Part shown: one piece after another, positions 38,442 to 49,030 of the stretch
Layout: each line of letters starts with the position of its first letter
Numbering within the stretch: position 1 is the first letter of the stretch
Origin: Campylobacterota bacterium
GTDB lineage: Bacteria > Campylobacterota > Campylobacteria > Campylobacterales > Arcobacteraceae
Length of the DNA stretch: 64,000 nt
Direction: 5' to 3'
NCBI GenBank assembly: GCA_051746405.1
Contig: JBNJFB010000006.1
Coordinates: 1-64,000, forward strand
Position numbers and translations under genes: made by a program
The notes under the pieces: generated by a model
What the model was told of the DNA's origin: nothing
Seen by the model: only the letters and a program-made list of their open reading frames with translations
The model's database searches: none

Positions 38442-39104
38442 ATGAGACAATATGAAACATATAAGTGTAACCAATGTGGTTGTGAAGTAGAAGTACAAGA
38501 AGCAAATGAAAAAGCAAAGCTTTCTTGCTGTAATCAAGAAATGGAAATGACTACAGAAAACTTAACAGCTGTAAATTTAATGAAAGCATTCGCAGGTGAA
38601 TCACAAGCTAGAAATAAGTATGAGTTCTTTGCAGATGTGGCATTTGAAGAGGGTTTACATAGAATTTCTAGATTTTTTCAAGAAGCTGCTGACAATGAAA
38701 AATACCATGCTATGGCAGAGTTCAAGGCTTATAATAAATTAGTAAATGATATTGAGCTTGATACTACAAAGAAAAATATTCAATATGCAGCAGATGGTGA
38801 AAAGTATGAGCATGAGCAGATGTATCCAAACTTTGAAGCAATTGCAAAAGAAGAGGGTCTAAAAGAGATTGCAAGAATGTTTAAAGCAATTGGAAAAGTT
38901 GAAGTTGAACATGAAAGAGAGTATTTAGAACTAAAACAAGAGCTTATTGATGAAGGTTTCTTAGAGTCTGATGAGGAAGAAGAGTGGGTTTGTGAAGTTT
39001 GTGGTCATGTACACAGAGGTAAGAAACCACCAAAACAGTGTCCATTATGTAGAGTTGAAAAAGAGTATTTCAAAAAAAGAAGTAGTGACGTAACAGTAGG
39101 TTAA
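38442..39104 (+). CDS. Rubrerythrin with N-terminal desulforedoxin-like domain (desulforubrerythrin-type)
   Basis: N-terminal CxxC...CC, AFAGESQARNKY, ExxH pairs, C-terminal CEVCG...CPLC. Confidence 0.9.
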   Translation: MRQYETYKCNQCGCEVEVQEANEKAKLSCCNQEMEMTTENLTAVNLMKAFAGESQARNKYEFFADVAFEEGLHRISRFFQEAADNEKYHAMAEFKAYNKLVNDIELDTTKKNIQYAADGEKYEHEQMYPNFEAIAKEEGLKEIARMFKAIGKVEVEHEREYLELKQELIDEGFLESDEEEEWVCEVCGHVHRGKKPPKQCPLCRVEKEYFKKRSSDVTVG

Positions 39105-39122
39105 TATAAGTTAATAAAAAAA

Positions 39123-39147
39123 TTAAGGGGCATTTCATGCTTCTTAA
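39123..39147 (+). terminator. Probable terminator after rubrerythrin
   Basis: TTAAGGGGCAT-TTC-ATGCTTCTTAA hairpin with G-U pairs. Confidence 0.5.
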
Positions 39148-39199
39148 ACTCTAAGATATAATATTTTTGATAATATACTTAAAAACTTATGGAGTCTCT

Positions 39200-40780
39200 T
39201 TGTCAAAAATAGTTTTACTAACTGCCCTACTTTTAAATCTACTTTATTCAAAAAATTTTACTGTATCAACTTATAATGTTGAAAACCTATTTGATTTAGA
39301 AAACAATAAAACAGAGTATTTTGAATATAGAATTAATAATAAAACAAACTGGAATAAAAAAAACTTTAAAATTAAACTAAAAAACAGTATAGATATTATA
39401 AGAAAAATTGATGCAGATATTATTGCACTGCAAGAAATAGAAAATAGAAATATACTAGAAACTTTGCAAAATAAACTTCCCAAATATAAATATATATCTT
39501 TTAGTAAATATAATAATTCAGCTATTGGCTTAGGTTTTTTATCAAAAATAAAAATAGTTTCAAGTAATAATATTGATGTAAACTTCTATAGAAGAGTTTA
39601 TAGACCAATTTTAGAAACAACTTTTAAAATAGATAATATAGAGTTTAAGATATTTAATAACCATTGGCCCTCAAAAAGAGTAGATGAAAGTTATAGAATA
39701 AAATATGCAAAAAGACTATTTGATAGAGTTAAACAACTTCCTAAAGATTATGATTATATAATACTTGGAGATTTAAACTCAAACTACAATGAATATCAAA
39801 CTTTCAAATATGATAAAAAACTTAATACTACAGACTCAATTACAGGAATCAACCATATTTTAAATACACATTTAGATGGTGAATTTAATACTTATGATGA
39901 TTTTATGAAGAAACGAAAAAGGTCTCACCTTAACCTATGGCTTGAATTAGATATAAACAGTAGATACTCAAGCAGTTATAGAAATCAATATATTACACCT
40001 GATAATATAATATTACCCCAAGCTTTATTTGATAATAAAAAACTATCTTATATAAAAAAATCTTTTATGGTATATAAAGATGAAAATATTATAAATAACA
40101 GTAAGATTTATAGATGGCAAGTAAACTATAAAGATAAAAAAAACTATCATAAAGGAGTTGGATACTCAGATCACTTACCATTAAAAGCCAGTTTCTCCAC
40201 AAATAAAAATTACAGAAATAGTTTAGAAGATAATATTATTAATCAAAACAAACAAGAGTTTAAAATATCCTATTTATATTCAAAAGAGAAGTTAATAGAT
40301 AGTATAATTTTAAAAGATGTTATAGTTATATACAAAAACAACAACAGTGCTATAATAAAACAAAGAAATAATCGTGCTATATATCTATATAAAAATGCAA
40401 AAAATCTAAAAAAAGGTTTTATGTATGATCTCAAAGTAAATCAAATCAAAGACTACAATGGACTAAAAGAGATTGAAAACTTTGAAATAGTAAAAGAGTA
40501 TGGCAAGTACAAAAACTATAAGCAACTCTATTTAGAAGGTAATGATATAAATATTTTAGATGCAAAGTTTCAAAATGAGATTATTAAAAATATGAACTTT
40601 ACAGTAAAAAGGAAAAGACTCTATTTTAATAAAAATGACTATATCTATATGTATGCAAAGGATGAATCAGATCTTCCAAAAAGTAATACTAAAATAGAAG
40701 TAAAAAGTGGTCATCTTGGAGTATATAGAGGTAAAAAACAGATTATTTTCTACAATAAGTCAGATTATGAATACAGATAA
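39200..40780 (+). CDS. Exported endonuclease/exonuclease/phosphatase-family protein
   Basis: Signal peptide from TTG 39200, YNVENLFD, LQEIE, NHWPSK, GDLN, SDHLP. Confidence 0.85.
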   Translation: MSKIVLLTALLLNLLYSKNFTVSTYNVENLFDLENNKTEYFEYRINNKTNWNKKNFKIKLKNSIDIIRKIDADIIALQEIENRNILETLQNKLPKYKYISFSKYNNSAIGLGFLSKIKIVSSNNIDVNFYRRVYRPILETTFKIDNIEFKIFNNHWPSKRVDESYRIKYAKRLFDRVKQLPKDYDYIILGDLNSNYNEYQTFKYDKKLNTTDSITGINHILNTHLDGEFNTYDDFMKKRKRSHLNLWLELDINSRYSSSYRNQYITPDNIILPQALFDNKKLSYIKKSFMVYKDENIINNSKIYRWQVNYKDKKNYHKGVGYSDHLPLKASFSTNKNYRNSLEDNIINQNKQEFKISYLYSKEKLIDSIILKDVIVIYKNNNSAIIKQRNNRAIYLYKNAKNLKKGFMYDLKVNQIKDYNGLKEIENFEIVKEYGKYKNYKQLYLEGNDINILDAKFQNEIIKNMNFTVKRKRLYFNKNDYIYMYAKDESDLPKSNTKIEVKSGHLGVYRGKKQIIFYNKSDYEYR

Positions 40781-40792
40781 TAAAGAGAGAAA

Positions 40793-42094
40793 ATGTTAAT
40801 TAAATCAATTTTTACAAATAGTACAGGTATTTTAACTTCACGAATATTAGGATTTATTAGAGATCTGTTTACTGCTTCAATTTTAGGTGCAAATATCTAC
40901 TCAGATATCTTTTTTGTGGCTTTTAAACTACCTAACCTTTTTAGAAGAGTTTTTGCAGAGGGTGCTTTTACCCAAGCTTTTATTCCAGCTTATGCAAAAT
41001 CAAAACATAAAATCAGATTTTCCTCAGTAGTATTTTTACAAATCTTTGGTTTTTTAATAGTTTTATCTTTATTTGTAACTGCATTTTCACATTTAGTTGC
41101 TAAAGCAATAGCAATAGGTTTTGATGCAAAAACAATTGATTTAGCAGCACCTCTTTTTGCTATAAACTTTTACTATTTGCCTATGATTTTTATTGTAACA
41201 TTTATGGCTGCGTTATTACAATATAAAAATCACTTTGCAACAACAGCCTACAGCACTTCTTTATTAAATTTAAGTTTAATTGGTGCACTATTAATATCAC
41301 AAAACCTAGATAAGTATGAGATAACATTTTACTTATCTTATGGTGTTTTAATAGGAGGGGTTCTTCAAATAATTGTACACTTAATAGCTATAAAAAAACT
41401 TAGCCTATGTAAAATTTTTCATTTTAAAAAGCATAGAAAAAAAGAGGAGAATAAGTTTTATAAAAATTTTATGTCTGCAACTCTTGGTTCTTCAACTGCC
41501 CATATCTCAGCTTTTTTAGATACATGGCTTGCATCATTTTTAGTAAGTGGTTCTATTTCTTACCTTTACTATGCAAATAGAGTTTTTCAACTTCCATTAG
41601 CACTTTTTGCTATAGCAACCTCAGTTGCACTTTTTCCTATGATAGCAAAAGCTATAAAAAACAAAAATGAACATAGAGCTTTAGCATTGATGAAAAAATC
41701 TTCTGTAATTTTATTTGTTTTATTATTTGTGGCTACAATAATAGGAGTAGTTTTTGATAGCTTTATAATAAAACTACTATTTCAAAGGGGTGCATTTAAT
41801 GAAAATGATACTATAAATACAGCATTGATTTTATCTATGTATCTAATAGGACTTCTGCCCTATGGCTTAGCAAAGATATTCTCCCTTTGGTTATATGCAA
41901 AAGAAAAACAGTTTGTTGCAGCAAAAATCTCTATGAAAAGTTTAGGTTTTAATATCATTTTTTCACTTTTGTTAATAAAACCTTATGGTGCAGCAGGACT
42001 TGCATTTGCTTCTACTTTAAGTGGATTTATACTATTTTTTCTAACTATAAAAGAGTTTGGATTTTATAAGTTTCTAAGTATGTATAGAAAATAA
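40793..42094 (+). CDS. murJ: Lipid II flippase MurJ
   Basis: SRILGFIRD, PNLFRRVFAEGAF, YYANRVFQLP. Confidence 0.95.
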   Translation: MLIKSIFTNSTGILTSRILGFIRDLFTASILGANIYSDIFFVAFKLPNLFRRVFAEGAFTQAFIPAYAKSKHKIRFSSVVFLQIFGFLIVLSLFVTAFSHLVAKAIAIGFDAKTIDLAAPLFAINFYYLPMIFIVTFMAALLQYKNHFATTAYSTSLLNLSLIGALLISQNLDKYEITFYLSYGVLIGGVLQIIVHLIAIKKLSLCKIFHFKKHRKKEENKFYKNFMSATLGSSTAHISAFLDTWLASFLVSGSISYLYYANRVFQLPLALFAIATSVALFPMIAKAIKNKNEHRALALMKKSSVILFVLLFVATIIGVVFDSFIIKLLFQRGAFNENDTINTALILSMYLIGLLPYGLAKIFSLWLYAKEKQFVAAKISMKSLGFNIIFSLLLIKPYGAAGLAFASTLSGFILFFLTIKEFGFYKFLSMYRK

Positions 42095-42156
42095 TTTTTA
42101 GAAATTTAATTTTTTTTAGATATAATAATAGATTATACTATTAACATAGGATTTAA

Positions 42157-43866
42157 ATGAGAGAATTTTATAAACACTACTTACCATATATCAAAGATTA
42201 TAAATTAAAGTTTTTTTACGCTGTAATTGGGATGATTCTAGTTGCAGGTGGTACTGCTGGGACTGTATATATTATTGAGCCTTTATTAGATGAAATTTTT
42301 ATAAACAAAGATGAAAATCTACTTTATATTATGCCTTTTATTGTTGTTGCTATTTACTCTGCTAAAGGAATAGGTGGCTATATTCAAAAATATTATATAT
42401 CTTTTATTGGTCAAGATATTGTAAGAATAATGAGAGATAAGCTTCTAAAACATATTTTAGATTTAGATATGGCATTTTTCCAAAAAAAGCACGGTGGGGA
42501 ACTTATATCAAGAATTACAAACGATATAAATAAAATTCAAGCTGCTGTTTCAAACTATGTGGCTGACATGATAAGAGAAAGTTTGACTATTTTAGGTTTA
42601 GTTGCAGTTGCAATCTACCAAAGTCCAGAGCTTGCCTTTTATGGACTTGTTGTACTTCCAGCTGCATTAATTCCACTATCAAAGCTTGCAAAAAAGATGA
42701 AAAAACTATCTTTTAAATCACAAGAGTCTATTTCAGATATCACCTCACAATTAAGTGAAACTTTTAATAATGTTGAGTTAATAAAAGCTAATTTTACAAA
42801 TAAACATGAACTAGAAGATTTCAAAAGTCATAATAAAAACTTTTTTAAGCTAACACTTAAAACTGTTCAAACAAATGCCCTAGTATCTCCAATCATGGAA
42901 ATAATAGGTTCAATAGGTTTTGCAGTAGTTATTGTTGTTGGTGGTTCACAAGTTATAAGTGGTGAGCTAACAACTGGTTCTTTCCTTTCATTTACAACTG
43001 CACTATTCTCTTTATATACACCAATTAAAAGACTATCATCTTTATATAACCAACTGCAAGATGCAATTGCAGCTGATATTAGAATAAAACATATATTTGC
43101 CCATAAACCTACAATTGAAAATGGAACTAAACAGTTTCCTTCAAAAATAGAGCATATAAGACTTGAAAATATTGAGTTAAAGTATGATGATGTAGTAGCC
43201 CTAAAAGATATAAACCTCACAGCAAAAAAAGGTGAAAAGTTTGCATTAGTAGGAGATAGTGGTGGTGGAAAGTCATCTGTTATTAATCTATTGATTAGGT
43301 TTTATGAAGCAAATAGTGGACAAATATTATTTAACAATGATGAGATAAAAACCATTGATATAAAATCACTTAGAAATAGTATCTCTGTAGTAACACAAAG
43401 AGTATATATCTTCAATGATACTATTGCAAAAAATGTAGCTTATGGATTTGAGGTTGATGAAAATAGAGTTATTGAGTGTTTACAACAAGCACATGCCTAT
43501 GAGTTTGTAAAAAATTTAGAAAATGGAGTAAATACAAGATTAGATGAGTTTGGCACAAATCTAAGTGGAGGTCAAAGACAAAGAATCGCAATAGCAAGAG
43601 CACTTTATAAACAACCTCAAGTATTAATATTAGATGAAGCAACCTCTGCACTTGATAATGAGAGTGAATCAATCATTTCAGATGTAATTGATAATATCTC
43701 AAAAGATAGAATAACTTTTGTTATTGCCCATAGATTAAGTACCATTAAAAATGCAGATAAAATAGCTGTATTTAAAAAAGGTAAAATAGTTGCAATTGAC
43801 AAAGAGGAGAATTTATTGCAAAATTGTGATGAATATAAAAGACTTTATAATCTCGCAAATCTGTAA
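42157..43866 (+). CDS. msbA: MsbA-like ABC exporter (permease + ATPase)
   Basis: Six-TM domain, GDSGGGKS, LSGGQRQR, ILDEATSALD. Confidence 0.75.
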   Translation: MREFYKHYLPYIKDYKLKFFYAVIGMILVAGGTAGTVYIIEPLLDEIFINKDENLLYIMPFIVVAIYSAKGIGGYIQKYYISFIGQDIVRIMRDKLLKHILDLDMAFFQKKHGGELISRITNDINKIQAAVSNYVADMIRESLTILGLVAVAIYQSPELAFYGLVVLPAALIPLSKLAKKMKKLSFKSQESISDITSQLSETFNNVELIKANFTNKHELEDFKSHNKNFFKLTLKTVQTNALVSPIMEIIGSIGFAVVIVVGGSQVISGELTTGSFLSFTTALFSLYTPIKRLSSLYNQLQDAIAADIRIKHIFAHKPTIENGTKQFPSKIEHIRLENIELKYDDVVALKDINLTAKKGEKFALVGDSGGGKSSVINLLIRFYEANSGQILFNNDEIKTIDIKSLRNSISVVTQRVYIFNDTIAKNVAYGFEVDENRVIECLQQAHAYEFVKNLENGVNTRLDEFGTNLSGGQRQRIAIARALYKQPQVLILDEATSALDNESESIISDVIDNISKDRITFVIAHRLSTIKNADKIAVFKKGKIVAIDKEENLLQNCDEYKRLYNLANL

Positions 43867-43936
43867 ATTTATTTATGTTAAAACAAATATTTAACAATAT
43901 TTGGATAAAATGCCTAAATTTAAAAAAAGGATTAAC

Positions 43937-45001
43937 TTGTTTAGTTATGATACAATCAAAAAAGTTTTATTTAAATTTGAACCTGAAACAGCACATAATA
44001 TAGCTGAGTTTGGTTTAAAAACATTAGGTGGATTTAACCCTGTAAAAAAACCTATGGAAAAGAGAAACTTTATAGATGACCCTAAACTAAAACAGGATAT
44101 CTTTAACGTAACATTTAAAAACCCAGTTGGATTAGCAGCAGGTTTTGATAAAAACGCTACAATGGTAAAATCAATGAAAGCTTTAGGATTTGGATTTACT
44201 GAAATTGGTACAATGACACCAAGACCACAAAGCGGTAATGCAAAACCAAGAATGTTTAGGTACCCTGAGTATAAAAGTGTTCAAAATGCAATGGGTTTTA
44301 ATAACAAAGGTGCCCATGAGGTTTTAAAAAACCTAAAAGATGTACACCCTTTTGAGATACCATTGGGTGCAAATATAGGTAAAAATAAGATTACACCTGA
44401 AAAGTATGCCTTAAGTGATTATAAGTCATTAATTAAAAAGTTTGAAGATATTAGTGATTATTTGGTTATAAATATTTCAAGTCCAAATACTCCAAACTTA
44501 AGAGATTTACAAAATGAAGAGTTTATTACAGAGCTTTTTAATATGGGCAAAGAGTTGACCAACAAGCCAATTCTACTAAAGATTGCACCTGATATGCAAG
44601 CTAGCGTGGCTATAGAGCTTTGTAAAAGTGCTGTAAATGCAGGTGCAGGTGGTATTATTGCAACAAATACTACTATTGATTATAGTTTAGTTCCAAACTG
44701 TCAAAATTTTGGTGGTTTAAGTGGTGCTTGTTTAACAAATAAGTCTTGTGATTTATTTAAAGACATAGCAAAAGAGTTATTTAATAAAACAACCTTAATA
44801 TCAGTTGGTGGAATCTCAACAGGACAAGAAGCATATAAAAGAATAAAAGCAGGTGCATCACTAGTACAAGTCTATTCTGGGCTTATTTTTGATGGGCCTT
44901 CAATGGTAAGAGAGATAAATAAAGAGATATTAGAGCTTCTAAAAGCTGATGGTTACACAAATATAACCCAAGCTATTGGAGCAGATATAAAAAAAGGATA
45001 G
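43937..45001 (+). CDS. pyrD: Quinone-dependent dihydroorotate dehydrogenase
   Basis: NPVGLAAGFDKN, NISSPNTPNLR, GGLSG; start at TTG 43937 after AAGGA. Confidence 0.95.
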   Translation: MFSYDTIKKVLFKFEPETAHNIAEFGLKTLGGFNPVKKPMEKRNFIDDPKLKQDIFNVTFKNPVGLAAGFDKNATMVKSMKALGFGFTEIGTMTPRPQSGNAKPRMFRYPEYKSVQNAMGFNNKGAHEVLKNLKDVHPFEIPLGANIGKNKITPEKYALSDYKSLIKKFEDISDYLVINISSPNTPNLRDLQNEEFITELFNMGKELTNKPILLKIAPDMQASVAIELCKSAVNAGAGGIIATNTTIDYSLVPNCQNFGGLSGACLTNKSCDLFKDIAKELFNKTTLISVGGISTGQEAYKRIKAGASLVQVYSGLIFDGPSMVREINKEILELLKADGYTNITQAIGADIKKG

Positions 45002-45005
45002 AAAA

Positions 45006-46331
45006 ATGAGACTTATCAAAAAAATTTTAATTCATTTTTCACTATTAACAATTTTCGCAGGAGAAATAATGAGTAGCAGTTTACCAAAATACTATACGCA
45101 GACTTTAGATAATGGCCTAAAAATAGTAGCCATACCAATGAACAATAATTCAAATGTAATAACTACTGATATTTTCTATAATGTAGGAAGTCGAGATGAA
45201 ATAATGGGTAAAAGTGGAATTGCTCATATGTTAGAACATTTAAATTTCAAGTCAACAAAAAACCTTGAATCAGGTGAGTTTGATGAGATTGTAAAAGGAT
45301 TTGGGGGAGTAAATAACGCCTCCACATCATTTGACTATACGCACTACTATATAAAATCTTCATCTAAAAATATGGATAAGTCTTTAGAACTTTTTGCAGA
45401 GCTTATGCAAAATCTTACTTTAAAAGATGAAGAGTTTCAACCTGAACGAGATGTTGTAGCAGAAGAGAGAAGATGGAGAACAGATAATAACCCAATGGGA
45501 TATTTACAGTTTAGGCTATTTAACAATGCCTACATCTATCATCCGTATCACTGGACTCCAATTGGATTTATGAATGATATAAAAAATTGGACAATTGATG
45601 ATATTAAAAGTTTCCATGAAACCTATTATCAACCAAAAAATGCAATTGTTGTAGTTGCAGGTGATATTACAAAAGAAGAGGTTTTTGAAGCTACCAAAAA
45701 AGAGTTTGAAACTATTGAAAATACAAAAGAGATTCCATCAAAGTTACATACAATAGAGCCTGTTCAAGATGGTGCAAAAAGAGTATTTATAACAAATAAA
45801 GATTCTGCTGTTGATATGTTAGCCATTGCTTATCATATTCCTGATTTTGAGCATGAAGATCAAGTTGCACTATCTGCATTAAGTGAATTTTTCAGTTCAG
45901 GGAAAAGCTCTATTTTACAAAAAAGATTAGTGGATGAAAAAAGATTAGTAAACTCGGTTTTTGCTTATAACTTAGAGTTAAAAGATCCTGGACTATTTCT
46001 TTTTGCTGCAGTTGCAAATGAGGGTATAAAAGCAGAAGATATTGAAAATGAAATTTTACAAATTATTCAAGAAGTAAAAAGTGGAGATATAAAGAAAAAA
46101 GATATAGATAAAATCAAAGTAAATACAAAAGCTGATTTTATTTTCTCTTTAGAAAACTCTTCATCAGTTGCATCAATTTTTGGTTCATACTTTATAAAAG
46201 ACAATATAAAACCTCTGATTGAATACGAAGAAAGCATAGAAAAGCTATCAAAGGAAGATTTAATAGAGGTTGCAAATAAGTATTTAACAAAAGATAACTC
46301 TACAACAGTAATTTTAAAGCAGGAAGAGTAG
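45006..46331 (+). CDS. M16-family zinc peptidase
   Basis: Inverted zinc motif HMLEH, NASTSFDYT, ERDVVAEERR. Confidence 0.92.
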   Translation: MRLIKKILIHFSLLTIFAGEIMSSSLPKYYTQTLDNGLKIVAIPMNNNSNVITTDIFYNVGSRDEIMGKSGIAHMLEHLNFKSTKNLESGEFDEIVKGFGGVNNASTSFDYTHYYIKSSSKNMDKSLELFAELMQNLTLKDEEFQPERDVVAEERRWRTDNNPMGYLQFRLFNNAYIYHPYHWTPIGFMNDIKNWTIDDIKSFHETYYQPKNAIVVVAGDITKEEVFEATKKEFETIENTKEIPSKLHTIEPVQDGAKRVFITNKDSAVDMLAIAYHIPDFEHEDQVALSALSEFFSSGKSSILQKRLVDEKRLVNSVFAYNLELKDPGLFLFAAVANEGIKAEDIENEILQIIQEVKSGDIKKKDIDKIKVNTKADFIFSLENSSSVASIFGSYFIKDNIKPLIEYEESIEKLSKEDLIEVANKYLTKDNSTTVILKQEE

Positions 46332-46805
46332 ATGGATTATCATGTAAGTAAAACCAAATTTGGTGAGAAACCAGAGTTTGAATATCCAAAACCTATCTTT
46401 TTAGAAGAGATGGGTGAAGAGGGATTAAAAAAACTCTTTAGTGATTTTTATGATTTAGTTGTTGATAGTGATATAGGAAATTTTTTCCCACAAGATGAAG
46501 AGCAATTAGAAAAAGTAAAAGAGCATAATGTAAAGTTTTTTATAGAAGCTTGTGGTGGACCTAAACACTATAGTGATGCAGTTGGTCACTTTGATATGCT
46601 AAAGACCCATGAACAATTTTCTATTACTGAAAAAGCAAGACGTGAATGGCTTGGATGTATGCAAGAGGTTTTAAGAAAAACTGATATCTCAGATGAAGCA
46701 AAACAGAGTTTTTGGGACTTTTTAGAGAAGTTCTCAAAACATACGGTTAATGTGAATGAAAGACAAGAATTAGAAGACTTAGTAGCTAATAAAAAGGAAG
46801 GATAA
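46332..46805 (+). CDS. Truncated (2/2) haemoglobin-like globin
   Basis: FYDLV, FF...GGPKHY...GH..M..TH..F.I....R.EWL.CM resembles group II truncated haemoglobins. Confidence 0.75.
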   Translation: MDYHVSKTKFGEKPEFEYPKPIFLEEMGEEGLKKLFSDFYDLVVDSDIGNFFPQDEEQLEKVKEHNVKFFIEACGGPKHYSDAVGHFDMLKTHEQFSITEKARREWLGCMQEVLRKTDISDEAKQSFWDFLEKFSKHTVNVNERQELEDLVANKKEG

Positions 46806-46807
46806 GC

Positions 46808-47695
46808 ATGGAAACAATAACAGGTGCAATGACTGCACTAATAACACCATTTAGAAATGGAAATGTAGACTTAGAAAAATATGAATCTCTTATAAAAAGA
46901 CAAATAAATCAAGGTATGGATGCAGTAGTTCCAGTTGGAACAACAGGTGAAAGTGCCACGTTATCTCATAAAGAGCATAAAGAGTGTATTGAAGTTGCAG
47001 TTGCCACATGTAAAGGAACAAATGTAAAAGTAATTGCAGGTGCTGGCTCAAATGCAACCCATGAGGCTTGTGATATAGCTAGACACGCTCAAGATGTGGG
47101 AGCTGATGGTTTATTATCTGTTACTCCATACTATAATAAACCATCTCAAGAGGGTTTATATGCTCACTATAAAGCTATTGCAAACTCTGTTGATATTCCT
47201 TTTATGCTTTATAATGTACCTGGAAGAACAGGTGTACAAATTGAGACAGATACAGTTGTTAGACTTTTTGATGATGTAAAAAACATCTATGCCATAAAAG
47301 AAGCAACAGGTTCTATTACTAAAGTTGTTGAACTACTATCAAAAAGAGAAGACTTAGTTGTGGTTTCAGGGGAAGACCCAATTGATTATCCAATCTTAGC
47401 ATCAGGTGGAAAAGGTATCATCTCAGTTACATCAAATATTGTTCCAAATCTAAAATCAAAACTAGTTCATAGTGTATTTGATGGAAACTATGAAAAATCA
47501 AGAAAAATAAATGAAAGCTTATATCCACTAAACTCTGCACTATTTTGTGAAAGTAATCCTATCCCAATAAAAGCTGCTATGTATATAGCTGGATTATTAG
47601 ATACATTAGAGTATAGACTTCCTTTAACAGCACCAAGTGCAGAAAATATGAAAATGATAGAAGAGACTTTAAAAAACTATGAGGTAATTAAATAA
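46808..47695 (+). CDS. dapA: 4-hydroxy-tetrahydrodipicolinate synthase
   Basis: GTTGES, PYYNKP, YNVPGRT, IKEA, NPIPIK. Confidence 0.97.
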   Translation: METITGAMTALITPFRNGNVDLEKYESLIKRQINQGMDAVVPVGTTGESATLSHKEHKECIEVAVATCKGTNVKVIAGAGSNATHEACDIARHAQDVGADGLLSVTPYYNKPSQEGLYAHYKAIANSVDIPFMLYNVPGRTGVQIETDTVVRLFDDVKNIYAIKEATGSITKVVELLSKREDLVVVSGEDPIDYPILASGGKGIISVTSNIVPNLKSKLVHSVFDGNYEKSRKINESLYPLNSALFCESNPIPIKAAMYIAGLLDTLEYRLPLTAPSAENMKMIEETLKNYEVIK

Positions 47696-48474
47696 TGAGT
47701 AATGATATGCAAGGTAAGACTTTAGTAATAACTGGCGGAACAAAAGGTATAGGTAAGGAGTGCGTTTATAAATTTGCTAGCAATGGCGTAAACGTTGCAT
47801 TTACATATAATTCAAATGCACAGATTGCTGAAGATATTTGTAAAGATATTGAAGATAACTATGGTGTAAAATGTAAAGCATACCCTTACAATATTTTAGA
47901 ACCAGAAACTGCAAAAGAACTGTTTTTAGAGATCGATAAAGATTTTGATAGAGTTGATTTCTTTATTTCGAATGCTATGATTTATGGAAGAGCAGTTGTT
48001 GGTGGATATGGTAAGTTTATGAAATTAAAACCAAGAGGATTAAACAATATTTATACTGCAACAGTTAATGCATTTGTTTGTGGAGCACAGCAAGCTGCAA
48101 AAAGAATGCAAAAAATTGGTGGTGGAGCTATTGTTTCTTTATCATCAACTGGTAACTTAGTATATATCGAAAACTACTCAGGTCATGGTACAAATAAAGC
48201 TGCTGTTGAAGCTATGGTAAGATATGCAGCAACAGAACTTGGTGAGTTTAATATCAGAGTTAATGCCGTTTCAGGTGGTCCTATTGATACAGATGCACTT
48301 AAAGCATTTACAAACTATGAAGAAGTGAAAGCTAAAACAGCTGAATACTCACCATTAAATAGAATTGGTCAGCCTCAAGATTTAGCACAGTCTTGTTTCT
48401 TTTTATGTACACAAGAGTCTTCATGGATAACAGGTCATACACTAATTGTAGATGGTGGGACTACTTTTAAATAA
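47695..48474 (+). CDS. SDR-family enoyl-ACP reductase-like oxidoreductase
   Basis: TGGTKGIG, NAVSGGPIDT, WITGHTLIVDGG; located between dapA and pgsA. Confidence 0.8.
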   Translation: MSNDMQGKTLVITGGTKGIGKECVYKFASNGVNVAFTYNSNAQIAEDICKDIEDNYGVKCKAYPYNILEPETAKELFLEIDKDFDRVDFFISNAMIYGRAVVGGYGKFMKLKPRGLNNIYTATVNAFVCGAQQAAKRMQKIGGGAIVSLSSTGNLVYIENYSGHGTNKAAVEAMVRYAATELGEFNIRVNAVSGGPIDTDALKAFTNYEEVKAKTAEYSPLNRIGQPQDLAQSCFFLCTQESSWITGHTLIVDGGTTFK

Positions 48475-49019
48475 TGACAAAATCTCTAAACTTACCAAAT
48501 ATATTAGCACTATTTAGAATAGCATTAGCTCCTTTACTTTTATGGTTTTTAATAAGTAAAGATAGTGCTATATTCTCAACTTGGCATCCTTCATGGATTG
48601 ATTATTTTGCTGGCTTAATCTTTGTAATAGCATCTGTAACAGACTTCTTTGATGGTTTTATAGCACGTTCATGGAATCAAATGACAAAACTAGGTGGTAT
48701 CTTAGACCCACTTGCAGATAAAATGCTTATGCTTGCAGGTTTTTTAGGACTTATGGCTATTGACAGGGCTTCTGCATGGGCAGTTTTTTTAATACTTTCA
48801 AGGGAGTTTTTTATAACAGGACTTAGAGTTGTTGCAATTGGTGAGGGCAAAAATGTAGCCTCAACAATGGCAGGAAAGATAAAAACAGTAATACAAATGA
48901 TAGCAATTGGCTTTTTGATTATGAACTGGCCTTTTGGAGAGCTTTTACTTTGGGTAGCTGTTATCTTAACACTATACTCAGGATATGAGTATATTAGAGA
49001 CTATTTTAAAATAAATTAA
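48474..49019 (+). CDS. pgsA: CDP-diacylglycerol--glycerol-3-phosphate 3-phosphatidyltransferase
   Basis: NLPN, TDFFDGFIAR, LDPLADK. Confidence 0.95.
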   Translation: MTKSLNLPNILALFRIALAPLLLWFLISKDSAIFSTWHPSWIDYFAGLIFVIASVTDFFDGFIARSWNQMTKLGGILDPLADKMLMLAGFLGLMAIDRASAWAVFLILSREFFITGLRVVAIGEGKNVASTMAGKIKTVIQMIAIGFLIMNWPFGELLLWVAVILTLYSGYEYIRDYFKIN

Positions 49020-49030
49020 TGGAGTTATAA

